Assembly: GCA_963816185.1 (NCBI GenBank)
Contig: CAWFJJ010000024.1
Span: 256,001 to 320,000 of the forward strand
Length of the DNA stretch: 64,000 nucleotides
Direction: 5' to 3'
Source: Thermoanaerobaculia bacterium
Lineage (GTDB): Bacteria > Acidobacteriota > Thermoanaerobaculia > UBA5066
The position numbers were made by a program, and so were the translations under genes. This document shows, in pieces, positions 10,595-20,945 of the stretch. The notes under the pieces are model-generated. The model was not told the origin of the DNA. It made no database searches and worked only from the letters and a program-made list of their open reading frames with translations. Numbering within the stretch: position 1 is the first letter of the stretch; every line of letters begins with the position of its first letter.

Positions 10595-11658
10595 CGGGCC
10601 GGACGGTGCCGGTCCGTGAGGAGATCCGGGCGCTCGGCGCGTATCGGCTCGTTCCCGAGGACGCGCCGCCTCTCCGCGCAAAGCTGGATTTCAACGAGTC
10701 GCCTTTCGAGGTCCCGGAGGAGATCCGCGCCGAGGTTCTCACGCGCCTTTCCGAGAAGAGGTGGGGCCGCTATCCGGAGTTCGGAGCGCCGCGCCTGAAA
10801 AGAGCGGTCGCGGACGCGATCGGCCGCCGGCCCGAGGAGATCGTCGTCGGAAACGGCTCGGGAGAGGTGATCCTGGCCGCCGTCTCCGTGTTCGCGGGCG
10901 GAGGGTCGCTCGTGCTTCCGACGCCCACGTTCTCGCTCTACGGGCAGATCGCCGCGATCGCGGCCGCGCGCGTCACGGACATCCCGCGAACGGGCCCGGA
11001 TTTCGCGCTGGCCGAAGGTGCGTTCCTCACGGCTTCGGAGCAGCCGGGAGCCGTTCCGCTCGTGTGCTCGCCGAACAATCCGACCGGCGGCGTCGTCGGG
11101 AGGGATTTCCTCGAGCTCTTGCTCGACGCCGCTCCCGTCGTCCTCGTCGATCAGGCGTACGTGGATTTCGCCGAGGCCGGGGACGATGCGCTGCCGCTCG
11201 TCGGCCCGCGTGCGAATCTCGTCGTCTTCCGCACGTTGTCGAAGGCCTACGCGGCGGCGGGGTTTCGAATCGGATACGCGGTCGCGGTGCCCGATCTCGT
11301 CCTCGAGATCGAGAAGGCGATCCTGCCCTTCAGCGTCGACCTCGCGGCCGAGGAGCTGGCCATCGCCGTTCTCTCCCATCCCGAGATCTCGCGCGAGCAC
11401 GTGAGGCGGATCGTGGCCGAACGCGAGCGAGTCGCCGAGGCGCTTCGCGCCGCGGGTGCCGTCGTCGCGCCCTCGCGCTCGAACTTCCTGTTCGTGCGCC
11501 CCCCGGGAGACGATGCCGCGCTCGTGCGCCGCGGCTTGCTCGATCGGGGCATCCTGGTACGCGACATGACCTCGGCCGCGCCGGGGCGGCTGAGGGTGTC
11601 GATCGGGTCGCGGGCGGAGAACGACGTCTTCCTCGAGGCGTTCCAGGAGGTGATATGA
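10591..11658 (+). CDS. hisC: Histidinol-phosphate aminotransferase
   Basis: LDFNESP, GNGSGE, SPNNPTG, DQAY and RTLSKAYAAAGFRIGY motifs. Confidence 0.95.
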   Translation: MTGRTVPVREEIRALGAYRLVPEDAPPLRAKLDFNESPFEVPEEIRAEVLTRLSEKRWGRYPEFGAPRLKRAVADAIGRRPEEIVVGNGSGEVILAAVSVFAGGGSLVLPTPTFSLYGQIAAIAAARVTDIPRTGPDFALAEGAFLTASEQPGAVPLVCSPNNPTGGVVGRDFLELLLDAAPVVLVDQAYVDFAEAGDDALPLVGPRANLVVFRTLSKAYAAAGFRIGYAVAVPDLVLEIEKAILPFSVDLAAEELAIAVLSHPEISREHVRRIVAERERVAEALRAAGAVVAPSRSNFLFVRPPGDDAALVRRGLLDRGILVRDMTSAAPGRLRVSIGSRAENDVFLEAFQEVI

Positions 11659-12251
11659 GCCGGAGCGGGTCCGTCGAGCGGACGACGAAGGAGACCTCCA
11701 TTTCGCTCGCCATGGCTCTCGACGGCACGGGGCGGGCGGACGTCCAGACGCCCGTGGGATTTCTCTCGCACATGCTCGAGACGATCGCGAAGCACGCGCG
11801 CGTCGACCTCACCGTGCGGGCCGCCGGGGACGTGCACATCGACGCGCATCACACCGTCGAGGACGTCGGTCTCGCGTTCGGCGAGGCGCTGGATCAGGCC
11901 CTCGGATCGCGGGCTGGGATCGAACGGTTCGGCACGAGTCTCGTCCCTCTCGACGAAGCGCTCGCGCGTTCCGTCGTGGACCTTTCGGGCCGGCCTTACA
12001 TCGTCTTCGAGTCGCCTGTCGACAAGGAGCTGCTCCTCGTCACGAAGGACTTTCCGTTCGCCCTCGTCGAGGAGTTCTGGAAGTCCGCGGCGTTTCGCGG
12101 CAAGTTCAACCTCCACGTGGACGTCGTCCGGGCGAAGAACGGCCACCACGCGGCCGAGGCGGTCTTCAAGTCGGCGGCGCGCGCGCTGCGCCAGGCCATG
12201 GCGGTCACGGGGACGGAAATCCCCTCGACGAAGGGAACGCTGACGGCATGA
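11655..12251 (+). CDS. hisB: Imidazoleglycerol-phosphate dehydratase
   Basis: RTTKET, HIDAHHTVED, NGHHAAEAVFK and PSTKG motifs. Confidence 0.97.
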   Translation: MSRSGSVERTTKETSISLAMALDGTGRADVQTPVGFLSHMLETIAKHARVDLTVRAAGDVHIDAHHTVEDVGLAFGEALDQALGSRAGIERFGTSLVPLDEALARSVVDLSGRPYIVFESPVDKELLLVTKDFPFALVEEFWKSAAFRGKFNLHVDVVRAKNGHHAAEAVFKSAARALRQAMAVTGTEIPSTKGTLTA

Positions 12252-12877
12252 GCACCCCGCCCCGCGCGCCCGTCACGCTCGTCGACTACGGGGTCGGCAA
12301 CACGACCTCGGTGATCCGGGCATTCCGGCGCCTCGGCGCCGAGGTGGAATTCACGGCCGACCTCGACCGCGTGGCGTCCGCCCGGCGGCTGGTTCTCCCC
12401 GGAGTCGCCGCCTTTCAACCGGCCATGAGCCGCCTCCTCGAGACGGGCCTCGAGGCCGGCGTGCGCGCCGCGGTCAAGCGCGGAGGGCGCCTTCTCGGTC
12501 TGTGCCTCGGCTTCCAGCTCCTCTTCGAGGAAAGCGAGGAGCATGGCGTGCACAAGGGCCTGGGACTCGTGCCGGGCCGCGTGTGCCCGTTTCCCGCCCG
12601 CGTGCGCACACCCCACGTGGGATGGAATCAGCTCCTGACGCGCCGCCCGGACGGATTCGTCCAGGGGCTGCCGGACGAGAGCTGGGTCTACTTCGTCCAT
12701 TCCTTCAGGCCGGAAGGCGTCGACGCCGCGGACATCGCGGCCGCCTGCGACCACGGTGGGGAGTTCGCGGCCATCGTTCAGCGCGGGAACGTCTGGGGGT
12801 GCCAGTTCCATCCGGAGAAGTCGTCGGAGAACGGCCGCCTTCTCCTGACGAATTTTCTGAAGGAGGACGCGGCGTGA
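12248..12877 (+). CDS. hisH: Imidazole glycerol phosphate synthase, glutaminase subunit
   Basis: DYGVGN, GLCLGFQ, PHVGWN, YFVHSF and QFHPEKS motifs. Confidence 0.97.
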   Translation: MSTPPRAPVTLVDYGVGNTTSVIRAFRRLGAEVEFTADLDRVASARRLVLPGVAAFQPAMSRLLETGLEAGVRAAVKRGGRLLGLCLGFQLLFEESEEHGVHKGLGLVPGRVCPFPARVRTPHVGWNQLLTRRPDGFVQGLPDESWVYFVHSFRPEGVDAADIAAACDHGGEFAAIVQRGNVWGCQFHPEKSSENGRLLLTNFLKEDAA

Positions 12878-13665
12878 GCGGCGAACGCCTGGCCCTGTGG
12901 CCCGCGATCGACCTCATGGGCGGGCACGTCGTGCGGCTGCTGAAGGGCAAACGCGAGGACGTGACGTTCTACGACGAGCCTCCCGCTCGGGCCGCGAGGA
13001 GGTTCGCCGACGAGGGCGCCGACGGCGTCCACGTCGTGGACCTCGATGCGGCGTTCGGGACCGGCAGCAACAAGAAAGAGATCGAAGAGATTCTCTCTGT
13101 TTCGGAGGCTGCGGGAGTCGCGGTGCAGGTCGGGGGAGGGATGCGCACACCCGCCGCTGTCGAGGATTTCTTAGAAAGGGTGAGTGGGGCCCGCGTAGTC
13201 GTAGGCAGCTTGCCGTTCCTCGACCGTCCCGCCTTCACGCACCTTCTAAGAAAATCTTCCTCTTCGTCTTCCTCTTCGACTTTATCTTGCCGCATCGTCG
13301 TCGCGCTCGACTGCAAGGACGGCCGGCCGACGGTGCGCGGGTGGACCGAGGACTCCGGGATGGGAGACGCCGTTTCCGTGGCCCGGTCGCTCGCGGACAT
13401 CGGCGTGTCCGCCCTTCTCGTGACGGACATCGCCCGCGACGGGGCGATGACGGGTCCCAATGTCGAGCTTCTGGCCGACGTGCGTGCCGTGTTTCCGGGC
13501 GAGATCCTCGCGTCGGGCGGCATGCGAGGCGAAGAGGACCTCGCTCCTGTCGGAGGCGCGCTCGCGGGCGGTGCCCGCGGTGCCATCTTCGGCCGATCTC
13601 TTCACGCCGGCGTCACGACCGTACCCCGGCTCCGGGCGGCGCGCGACCTCGGGAGGCCGTCATGA
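12874..13665 (+). CDS. hisA: ProFAR isomerase
   Basis: [30 protein letters not shown] and ASGG motifs; poly-Ser insertion. Confidence 0.95.
   Translation: MSGERLALWPAIDLMGGHVVRLLKGKREDVTFYDEPPARAARRFADEGADGVHVVDLDAAFGTGSNKKEIEEILSVSEAAGVAVQVGGGMRTPAAVEDFLERVSGARVVVGSLPFLDRPAFTHLLRKSSSSSSSSTLSCRIVVALDCKDGRPTVRGWTEDSGMGDAVSVARSLADIGVSALLVTDIARDGAMTGPNVELLADVRAVFPGEILASGGMRGEEDLAPVGGALAGGARGAIFGRSLHAGVTTVPRLRAARDLGRPS
13168..13252. repeat. Convergent motif pair in hisA (13168 / 13244)
   Basis: GAGGATTTCTTAGAAAGGGTGAG ... CACCTTCTAAGAAAATCTTCCTCTTC; 76 bp apart. Confidence 0.85.
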
Positions 13666-15095
13666 CGGTCGCGGTGCGTGTGATCCCCTGCCTCGACGTG
13701 GCGGGCGGCCGCGTCGTCAAGGGCGTCTCTTTCGAAAGCCTCCGCGACGCGGGCGATCCGGTCGAGGCCGCCGTGCGGTACGAGGCCGAAGGCGCCGACG
13801 AGCTGGCGTTCCTCGACATCGCGGCCGCGCACGAGAAGCGCGGGACGCTCGTGGACCTCGTGGCACACGTGGCCGAAGTGCTTTCGATTCCGTTCACGGT
13901 CGGAGGAGGCGTGCGGTCGGTGGAGGACGCGGACGCGCTCCTCCGCGCGGGAGCCGACCGCGTGACCGTGAACACCGCCGCGGTCGAGGACCCTTCCTTG
14001 ATCACGAGGCTGGCCGAACAGTTCGGGGCGCAATGCGTCGTCGTCGCGATCGATGGCAAGCGCATCCGCGACGCGAGCGTCCCCGCCGTGATGCGCGTGA
14101 TGACGCACGGCGGACGCAATCCGACCGACCGGACGGTGACCGGGTGGGCCGCCGCGGCCGCTGCGGCGGGCGCGGGCGAGATCCTCCTGACGTCCGTCGA
14201 CGCCGACGGCACGCAGGCCGGCTTTGATCTCGAGATGCTTCGCGCCGTGCGGGCCGCCGTGGACGTTCCGATCGTGGCCTCGGGCGGCGCGGGCCACCTC
14301 GAGGATTTCGCGAAGGCCGTCGTGATCGGCGGCGCTGACGCCGTGCTCGCGGCCTCCGTCTTCCACGACCGCATCTACACGATCGGCGCGGTCAAGGCGG
14401 CGATGCGGCGGGCCGGACTCGCGGTTCGCCCCGCGCCCGCGCGCGTGCGCACGCTTCTGCCTCGCTTCGATGCGGCCGGCCTGGTCCCTGTGATCATGCG
14501 CGACGTGGTGACGGGTAACGTCCTCACCCTCGCCTGGGCGAATGCGGAGGCGCTTGCGAAGACGCGCGAGACCGGCCTCGCGCACTTCTACAGCCGCTCG
14601 CGGAAGGAGCTCTGGAAGAAGGGCGAGACGTCCGGAAACGTCCAGCATGTCGTCGGGATCTCCCTCGATTGTGACGACGACGCCGTCCTGTACGACGTGC
14701 GCCCGTCGGGTCCGGCCTGTCACACCGGCGCGGACTCGTGCTTCTCGCGCGTCGAGACGCTTGGAACGCCCGGCTCCGAGGTCGTGCCCGCGGACGAGCT
14801 CGACCTCACGGCTCTCTTCGCGATCGTCAAGGCACGGAAGGAGTCACCGGTTCCCGGGTCGTACACGAACGAGCTCCTCGAGGGCGGCGTCCCGCGCATC
14901 GCCCAGAAGGTGGGCGAGGAAGCCGTCGAGACGGCCATTGCGTCGGTCACCGGCGACGCGGGTGCGCTCGCCGGCGAAGCCGCGGACCTTCTCTACCATC
15001 TCGCAGTCCTGCTGACGGCTCGCGGTGTCGGGCCGGGCGACGTCGCCGCCAAGCTCGCCGAGCGCCGCGGCGCGCCGCGACGAGAGAAGCCGTGA
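13662..15095 (+). CDS. hisFIE: Triple fusion HisF cyclase + HisI cyclohydrolase + HisE pyrophosphatase
   Basis: [22 protein letters not shown] (HisF); YSRSR-LW-KGETSG, DCDDD, CHTG (HisI); [19 protein letters not shown] (HisE), all in one frame. Confidence 0.9.
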   Translation: MTVAVRVIPCLDVAGGRVVKGVSFESLRDAGDPVEAAVRYEAEGADELAFLDIAAAHEKRGTLVDLVAHVAEVLSIPFTVGGGVRSVEDADALLRAGADRVTVNTAAVEDPSLITRLAEQFGAQCVVVAIDGKRIRDASVPAVMRVMTHGGRNPTDRTVTGWAAAAAAAGAGEILLTSVDADGTQAGFDLEMLRAVRAAVDVPIVASGGAGHLEDFAKAVVIGGADAVLAASVFHDRIYTIGAVKAAMRRAGLAVRPAPARVRTLLPRFDAAGLVPVIMRDVVTGNVLTLAWANAEALAKTRETGLAHFYSRSRKELWKKGETSGNVQHVVGISLDCDDDAVLYDVRPSGPACHTGADSCFSRVETLGTPGSEVVPADELDLTALFAIVKARKESPVPGSYTNELLEGGVPRIAQKVGEEAVETAIASVTGDAGALAGEAADLLYHLAVLLTARGVGPGDVAAKLAERRGAPRREKP

Positions 15096-16474
15096 AAGCG
15101 CCCGATCGCCTCGTCGTCGTCGAGCAGCCGGCCGATCTCACGACTCCGGTGGCGCTGATGCGGGGCCTTCTCGCGGCGGGCGGGCCTGCCTTCCTCCTCG
15201 AATCGGTGGAGGGCGGGGATCGCGTGGCGCGGTGGTCGTTTCTCGGCGCGTCGCCGTCGGGCGAGATCTCCGGCCGGGAGACGGACCCATTTGACGCCCT
15301 CCGGGCGCTCCCTCGCGACGACGCGGTGCCGGACGGCGACGACCTGCCGCCCTTCACGGGCGGGGCCGTCGGCTATGTGGGCTACGACGCCGTGCGGCGA
15401 CTCGAGCGGCTGCCCGACTCGAACCCCGATCCGATCGGACTGCCGGACGCCTGGTTCGGGATCTTCGACGCGGTCATCGCCTTCGATCACGCGCGGCATC
15501 GGCTCCTCTTCGTGACGCACGCGGGAGAGGGGACCGAAGAGGAGAGAAGAGCCTTCGAAAGGCTGCGGGAGCTCGAAGCGCGTGCCAAGGCCGCGCCCGC
15601 ATCGGCTGCTTCGGCGTCGCCCGCCTGTCCCTCTTTCGAAGAATCTCTTCCTCTTCCGTCCTTCCTGTCCGCGGTCGAGCGCGCGAAAGAGCACATACGC
15701 GCGGGCGACGTCTTCCAGGTCGTCCTGTCGCGGCGGTGGTCCGCGCCGTTCTCGGGCGATCCCTTCGCCGTGTATCGCGCCCTGCGCTCGCTCAGCCCGT
15801 CGCCGTACCAGTACTACCTGCGGACGCCTCACGGCGCGATTTTCGGTGCGTCACCCGAGCGCCTCGTCCACGTCGCCGCGGGCCACGAAGAGGCGACTGC
15901 CGAGACGATCCCGCTCGCCGGGACGCGACCGCGGGGCGCGACGCGCGAGGAAGACCTCGCCTTCGAGAGGGAGCTGCTCGCCGACCCGAAGGAGCGCGCC
16001 GAGCACGTCATGCTCGTGGACCTCGGGAGGAACGACCTCGGCCGGGTCGCGAAACCGGGCAGCGTCCGCGTGAAGGATTTCTTCCATGTCGAGCGCTATT
16101 CGCACGTCATGCACATCGCCTCGCGCGTGACGGGAGCCCTCGCGCCCGGCAAGGACGCCGTCGACGCGCTCGTGGCGACGTTTCCCGCGGGCACGCTGAC
16201 CGGGGCGCCGAAAATACGCGCGATGGAGATCATCGAGGATCTCGAGCCCGTGAGACGAGGCGCATACGGCGGCGCCGTAGGCTACCTCGATTTCGCCGGC
16301 AACCTCGACGTCGCAATTGCGATCCGCACGGCCATCGTAGCAAACGGCACGTTGCACGTGCAGGCCGGAGCTGGCATCGTGGCGGATTCGGATCCCGAGT
16401 CCGAGGCCACCGAGTGCGAGAACAAGGCGCGTGCCCTCATGCGCGCCGTGGAGAGAGCGGGGACGTACCGATGA
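15092..16474 (+). CDS. trpE: Anthranilate synthase component I
   Basis: [36 protein letters not shown] and GTLTGAPK motifs. Confidence 0.95.
   Translation: MKAPDRLVVVEQPADLTTPVALMRGLLAAGGPAFLLESVEGGDRVARWSFLGASPSGEISGRETDPFDALRALPRDDAVPDGDDLPPFTGGAVGYVGYDAVRRLERLPDSNPDPIGLPDAWFGIFDAVIAFDHARHRLLFVTHAGEGTEEERRAFERLRELEARAKAAPASAASASPACPSFEESLPLPSFLSAVERAKEHIRAGDVFQVVLSRRWSAPFSGDPFAVYRALRSLSPSPYQYYLRTPHGAIFGASPERLVHVAAGHEEATAETIPLAGTRPRGATREEDLAFERELLADPKERAEHVMLVDLGRNDLGRVAKPGSVRVKDFFHVERYSHVMHIASRVTGALAPGKDAVDALVATFPAGTLTGAPKIRAMEIIEDLEPVRRGAYGGAVGYLDFAGNLDVAIAIRTAIVANGTLHVQAGAGIVADSDPESEATECENKARALMRAVERAGTYR
15551..15643. repeat. Convergent motif pair in trpE (degenerate 15551 / 15635)
   Basis: GAGAGAAGAGCCTTCGAAAGG ... 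CCCTCTTTCGAAGAATCTCTTCCTCTTCC; 84 bp apart. Confidence 0.7.
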
Positions 16475-17040
16475 TCCTCGTGATCGACAACTACGACTCG
16501 TTCACGTACAACCTCGTCCAGATCCTCTCGACGCTCGACGAGGACGTGCGCGTCGTCCGAAACGACGCACTTTCCGTGGACGAGGTTCTCGCCGCGAAGC
16601 CCGACCGGCTCGTCGTATCCCCCGGTCCAGGCCGGCCGGAGGACGCGGGGATCTCGTGCGAGCTGTTCCGCCGGAACGAAACGATCCCGCTGCTGGGCGT
16701 CTGCCTCGGTCATCAGGCTCTCGGCGCCGTCTTCGGCGGAACGATCTCCCGGGCGCCCGTGCTGATGCACGGCAAGACCTCGGAGATCGCGCACGACGGG
16801 AAAGGACTCTTCGAGGGTCTCGAGAACCCGTTCACGGCAACGCGCTACCACTCGCTCGTGGTCGAGAAGGATTCGGTTCCGGCCGCGCTGCGCATCACGG
16901 CGACCAGCCCCGACGGGCTCGTGATGGGCCTCGCGCACCGGACACGGCCTCTCGTGGGCGTTCAGTTCCACCCCGAGTCGATCTTGACGTTGCAGGGGGA
17001 GCGCCTCTTGAAGAATTTCGTCGCCGGGCGGCTCGCGTGA
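16471..17040 (+). CDS. trpG: Anthranilate synthase component II
   Basis: IDNYDSFTYNL, SPGPG, GVCLGHQ, RYHSL and QFHPES motifs. Confidence 0.96.
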   Translation: MILVIDNYDSFTYNLVQILSTLDEDVRVVRNDALSVDEVLAAKPDRLVVSPGPGRPEDAGISCELFRRNETIPLLGVCLGHQALGAVFGGTISRAPVLMHGKTSEIAHDGKGLFEGLENPFTATRYHSLVVEKDSVPAALRITATSPDGLVMGLAHRTRPLVGVQFHPESILTLQGERLLKNFVAGRLA

Positions 17041-18071
17041 CGACGGCGGCGCACCGCGCGCTGCGCGCCGTGGCGCGCGGGGGACGCCTGACGCGAGAGG
17101 ACGCGCGTGGCGCGGTATCGGCCCTCCTCGATGAGAACGTTCCGGCTGCGATCGCGGGGGGGCTTCTTTCGGCGCTGGCTGCCATGGGCGAGACGGTCGA
17201 GGCCGTGGCCGGCGCCGTGGATGCTCTCCGGGCGCGCGCGACGCGGCCTCCGGTCGACCCCGCGCTCGCCGCCCGCGCGATCGACGTGTGCGGGACCGGA
17301 GGCGACGGGCTCGGCACGTTCAACGTCTCGACCGCGGCCGCTTTCGTCGCGGCGGGCGCGGGCGCGCCGGTCGCGAAGCACGGGAACCGCGCGGTTTCGT
17401 CCGCGTGCGGTTCGGCGGACGTACTTGCGGCGCTCGGGGTCGACATCGAGATGTCTCCCGCGCTTGCCGCCGAGGCGCTCGCCCGCGCGAACGTCACGTT
17501 CTTCTTCGCGCCGCTCTATCACCCGGTCATGAAGAAGGTCGGCCCGCTCCGGCGCGAGCTCGGCCTGCGCACGGTCTTCAATCTCGCCGGGCCGCTCTCG
17601 AATCCAGCCGGCGTCACCCGGCAGATCGTCGGCGTCGATCACCCCGAGCGCGTCCCCGTGATCGCGGGCGCCCTCGCGGCACTCGGTGCCGAGCACGCCC
17701 TCGTGTTTTCGCACGAGACGGGGGGTGACGAGATCCTGCCGTTCGGGCGAACGTTCGCCGCGGAGGTGCGCCACGGGGAGGTCGAGCTCCTCCAGCTCGG
17801 CGCCGTCGACTTCGGCTTCGCCGAAGGGAGATCCGATGCGCTCCGGGGCGGAGATGCCGAGACGAACGCCGAGATCCTGCGCGCCCTTTTCGGAGGATTC
17901 CGGCGCGACGCACGGAGCGTGATTCTCATGAACGCCTCCGCCGCGCTCGTCGTCGCGGGCATCGCGGCTGACTTTCGCGAGGGCGTGGCCCGCGCCGAGG
18001 CTGCGCTCGACGAGGGAAAGGCGGCGGCGGCCCTCGAGGCGCTCGTCCGGATCTCACGGGGAGACCGATGA
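17037..18071 (+). CDS. trpD: Anthranilate phosphoribosyltransferase
   Basis: DVCGTGGDG, FNVST, KHGNRAVSS-GSAD and RTVFNLAGPLSNP motifs. Confidence 0.96.
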   Translation: MTTAAHRALRAVARGGRLTREDARGAVSALLDENVPAAIAGGLLSALAAMGETVEAVAGAVDALRARATRPPVDPALAARAIDVCGTGGDGLGTFNVSTAAAFVAAGAGAPVAKHGNRAVSSACGSADVLAALGVDIEMSPALAAEALARANVTFFFAPLYHPVMKKVGPLRRELGLRTVFNLAGPLSNPAGVTRQIVGVDHPERVPVIAGALAALGAEHALVFSHETGGDEILPFGRTFAAEVRHGEVELLQLGAVDFGFAEGRSDALRGGDAETNAEILRALFGGFRRDARSVILMNASAALVVAGIAADFREGVARAEAALDEGKAAAALEALVRISRGDR

Positions 18072-18139
18072 GGATTTCTTCGAAAGGGAAAAGGGAACGA
18101 GAGAGAAGATTGAAGATTTCTTAGAAGGGGTAAGAGGGG
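18068..18139. repeat. Purine-rich trpD-trpC spacer made of two tandem motif copies (18076, 18118)
   Basis: GAGGATTTCTTCGAAAGGG and GAAGATTTCTTAGAAGGGGTAAGAGGGG, 42 bp apart; degenerate reverse copy at 18310 inside trpC. Confidence 0.85.
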
Positions 18140-19732
18140 ATGGGCGGTTCGGTTCTGGGCGAGATTCTCGCGGCAAGGAGGCGCCGTATCGCGGCGGGGG
18201 AGTTCACGGCGCACACGGCCGCCGCCGCGCGCGCTGCCGCGGGATTTTCGCCAGCGCCCGACGCGATGCCCGACGGAGCGCGCTTCACCGCCGCTCTTTC
18301 TTCTTCCTCTTCTAAGCGAAATCTTCCTCTTTCTCTTTCTTTCTTTCTTGCGGAAATCAAGCACCGCTCGCCGAGCGCGGGTCTGATCCTGCCCGACGTC
18401 CCGGCGCGCATCGAGGAGGTGGCGCGCGCTTATCGGCGCGGCGGGGCCTCGGCTCTGTCCGTCGTCATCGAGCAGGACTACTTCGGGGGCGATCCGTCCT
18501 GGCTGCCGCGCGCCAGGGCGGCGTCGGGGCTCCCGGTCCTGATGAAGGACTTCGTGGTGGACGAGACCCAGCTCGATTTCGCCGCCGCTCTGGGCGCCGA
18601 CGCCGTGCTCCTGATCGCCGCGGCTCTCGACGGCGCGGCCCTCGCGCGGCTCTACGCGGCGGCCCTCGAACGCGGTCTCGCGGCTCTCGTGGAGGCGCAC
18701 GACGAGGCCGAGGTTGAACGGGCGCTCGACGCGGGCGCGGAGATGATCGGCGTGAACTCACGCGACCTGAGAACGTTCGAGGTCGACCTGCCGGGCATGG
18801 CGCGCCTCGGCGCGCTCCTGCCGGCGTCCGTAGTGCGCGTGGCCGAAAGCGGCATCAAATCGCGGGGCGACGTCGAGGCGCTCGCCGCCGCCGGCTACGG
18901 CGCCTTCCTGGTGGGAGAGGCGCTTCTCAAGGCGCCCGACCCCGCAGCGATGCTGCGAGGGCTCCGCGGCGAGAACCCCACGGAGGTCAAGATCTGCGGG
19001 ATCACGCGGGAGGAGGACGTCGACATCTGCCTGGAACTGGGCGTCGACTGGATCGGCCTCGTCTTCGCGCCGAGGTCTCCTCGCTGCCTGACGCCGGAAG
19101 AGGGGAGACTTCTACGAATGAAAGCGAAAGGCGAAGGGCACCGGGGATTTCTTCGAATGAAGGACGAACGGAACGGAGCCGGGGTCCGCAAACACGGCGC
19201 AGCGGCGGCGGGAGGCGTCGGCGCCGGCGCGGTGAAGGGTGTCGTCGCGGTGTTCGACGGGAACAACGAGGAGGAGATTCGACGAGTGATCGAACTCGTG
19301 CGCCCCGACGTCGTTCAAATGCCCCTCTCGCCTCGTTCACTTTCCCAGGAGTCCTTTTCTTCGGCCCCCTCCTTTCTTCCCCCTTCTAAGAAATCCTTCT
19401 CTTCGGACATCACGGTGTGGAACACGATCCGCGTCGGCCGCGACGACCTCTCCTCCGCGAGGGAAGCCGAAGGCGACGCGCTCCACTTCGATACGTCCGT
19501 CGCAGGAGCGAGCGGCGGCACCGGCAGAGTCTTCAACTGGAGCCTGCTGGAAGGAATCGATCGCTCCCGCCCCGTGGTGCTCGCGGGCGGGCTGAAGCCC
19601 GAGAACGTCGCGGAAGCAGTGAGAAGGGTGAGGCCCGACGTCGTAGACGTGGCCTCGGGAGTGGAGAAGGCGCCGGGAATCAAGGACCCGGCGAAAATCG
19701 CCGCGTTCGTGAGGGAGGTGCGACGTGCCTGA
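18140..19732 (+). CDS. trpCF: Bifunctional indole-3-glycerol phosphate synthase / PRA isomerase with insertions
   Basis: [27 protein letters not shown] (TrpC); VKICGIT, GGTG-F-W, LAGGL, DVASGVE (TrpF). Confidence 0.93.
   Translation: MGGSVLGEILAARRRRIAAGEFTAHTAAAARAAAGFSPAPDAMPDGARFTAALSSSSSKRNLPLSLSFFLAEIKHRSPSAGLILPDVPARIEEVARAYRRGGASALSVVIEQDYFGGDPSWLPRARAASGLPVLMKDFVVDETQLDFAAALGADAVLLIAAALDGAALARLYAAALERGLAALVEAHDEAEVERALDAGAEMIGVNSRDLRTFEVDLPGMARLGALLPASVVRVAESGIKSRGDVEALAAAGYGAFLVGEALLKAPDPAAMLRGLRGENPTEVKICGITREEDVDICLELGVDWIGLVFAPRSPRCLTPEEGRLLRMKAKGEGHRGFLRMKDERNGAGVRKHGAAAAGGVGAGAVKGVVAVFDGNNEEEIRRVIELVRPDVVQMPLSPRSLSQESFSSAPSFLPPSKKSFSSDITVWNTIRVGRDDLSSAREAEGDALHFDTSVAGASGGTGRVFNWSLLEGIDRSRPVVLAGGLKPENVAEAVRRVRPDVVDVASGVEKAPGIKDPAKIAAFVREVRRA
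19110..19392. repeat. Motif cluster in the TrpF domain (forward 19110, 19149; reverse degenerate 19342, 19384)
   Basis: GGAGACTTCTACGAATG, GGGATTTCTTCGAATG and CCCCCTTCTAAGAAATCCTTCTCTTC; tandem spacings 39 and 42 bp. Confidence 0.8.
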
Positions 19733-20945
19733 GGCAACTGGAGCCGATTTCCGTCCGCCCGAGGCCGACGCGCAGGGCCGCTTCGGCGCGTTCGGCGGGC
19801 GGTTCGTGCCGGAGACGCTCATGGCGCCGCTCGAGGAGCTCTCCCGCGCGTACAGGGACGCCCGGCGCGATCCCGCGTTCCGGCGCGAGCTGGACGGCCT
19901 CCTGAGGACGTATGCCGGCCGGCCGACGCCCCTCACGTATGCGAAACGGCTCTCGGAGGACCTCGGCGGCGCGCGCATCTTCCTCAAACGCGAGGATCTC
20001 CTCCACACGGGCGCTCACAAGATCAACAACGCCCTCGGCCAGGCCCTCCTCACGGTCCGGATGGGGAAGTCGCGGGTCATCGCGGAAACCGGCGCCGGCC
20101 AGCACGGCGTCGCGACGGCGACCGCGTGCGCGCTCCTCGGGCTCTCGTGCGTCGTTTACATGGGGGCGGTCGACGTCGAGCGCCAGGCCCTGAACGTGTA
20201 CCGGATGAAGCTCCTCGGCGCGACGGTCGTGCCCGTCATGGGCGGCACGCGGACGCTGAAGGACGCGATCAACGAGGCCATGCGCGACTGGGTCGCCTCG
20301 ACGGCGTCGACGCACTACATTCTCGGATCGGTCCTCGGGCCGCATCCGTTTCCGACGATGGTCCGCGACTTTCACGCGGTCATCGGGCGCGAGGCCCTCG
20401 CCCAGAGCCGCAAGGCACTCGGAAAGCTGCCGGACGTCCTCGTCGCGTGCGTGGGCGGCGGCTCGAACGCGATCGGCCTCTTCCGGGAATTCCTTACGTT
20501 TCGCGAGGTCGAGATGGTGGGGGTCGAAGCCGGAGGCCGGAGCCTTGCGCCCGGCGAGCACGCCACGCGCTTCGGCCCGGGCTCGATCGGCGTCCTCCAT
20601 GGCACGCGTACGCTCATCCTTCAAGACGCGGACGGGCAGGTTCTCCCCACGCATTCCGTTTCCGCCGGCCTCGACTATCCGGCCGTCGGACCCGAGCACG
20701 CGCGCCTCGCCGAGCTCGGGCGGACGCGGTACGTCTCCGTCGGTGACGAGGCCGCCCTCGCGGCCTTTCACCGGCTCGCCGAGACCGAAGGCATCATCCC
20801 GGCCCTCGAGACCGCGCATGCTGTCGCCTGGGCGATCGCGGAGGCTCCTCGCCGGCCGAAGAGTGCCGCTCTCCTCGTGAATCTCTCCGGCCGCGGTGAC
20901 AAGGACGTCGTCTCGGTGGCGCGGCGCGAGGGGGTGACGCTGTGA
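19725..20945 (+). CDS. trpB: Tryptophan synthase beta chain
   Basis: [30 protein letters not shown] and SAGLDYP motifs. Confidence 0.98.
   Translation: MPEATGADFRPPEADAQGRFGAFGGRFVPETLMAPLEELSRAYRDARRDPAFRRELDGLLRTYAGRPTPLTYAKRLSEDLGGARIFLKREDLLHTGAHKINNALGQALLTVRMGKSRVIAETGAGQHGVATATACALLGLSCVVYMGAVDVERQALNVYRMKLLGATVVPVMGGTRTLKDAINEAMRDWVASTASTHYILGSVLGPHPFPTMVRDFHAVIGREALAQSRKALGKLPDVLVACVGGGSNAIGLFREFLTFREVEMVGVEAGGRSLAPGEHATRFGPGSIGVLHGTRTLILQDADGQVLPTHSVSAGLDYPAVGPEHARLAELGRTRYVSVGDEAALAAFHRLAETEGIIPALETAHAVAWAIAEAPRRPKSAALLVNLSGRGDKDVVSVARREGVTL

Noticed and set aside
9355-11658. Apparent 767-aa HisD-HisC fusion
   Set aside because: Produced by the hisD frameshifts; hisD has its own stop (10594) overlapping the hisC ATG (10591)
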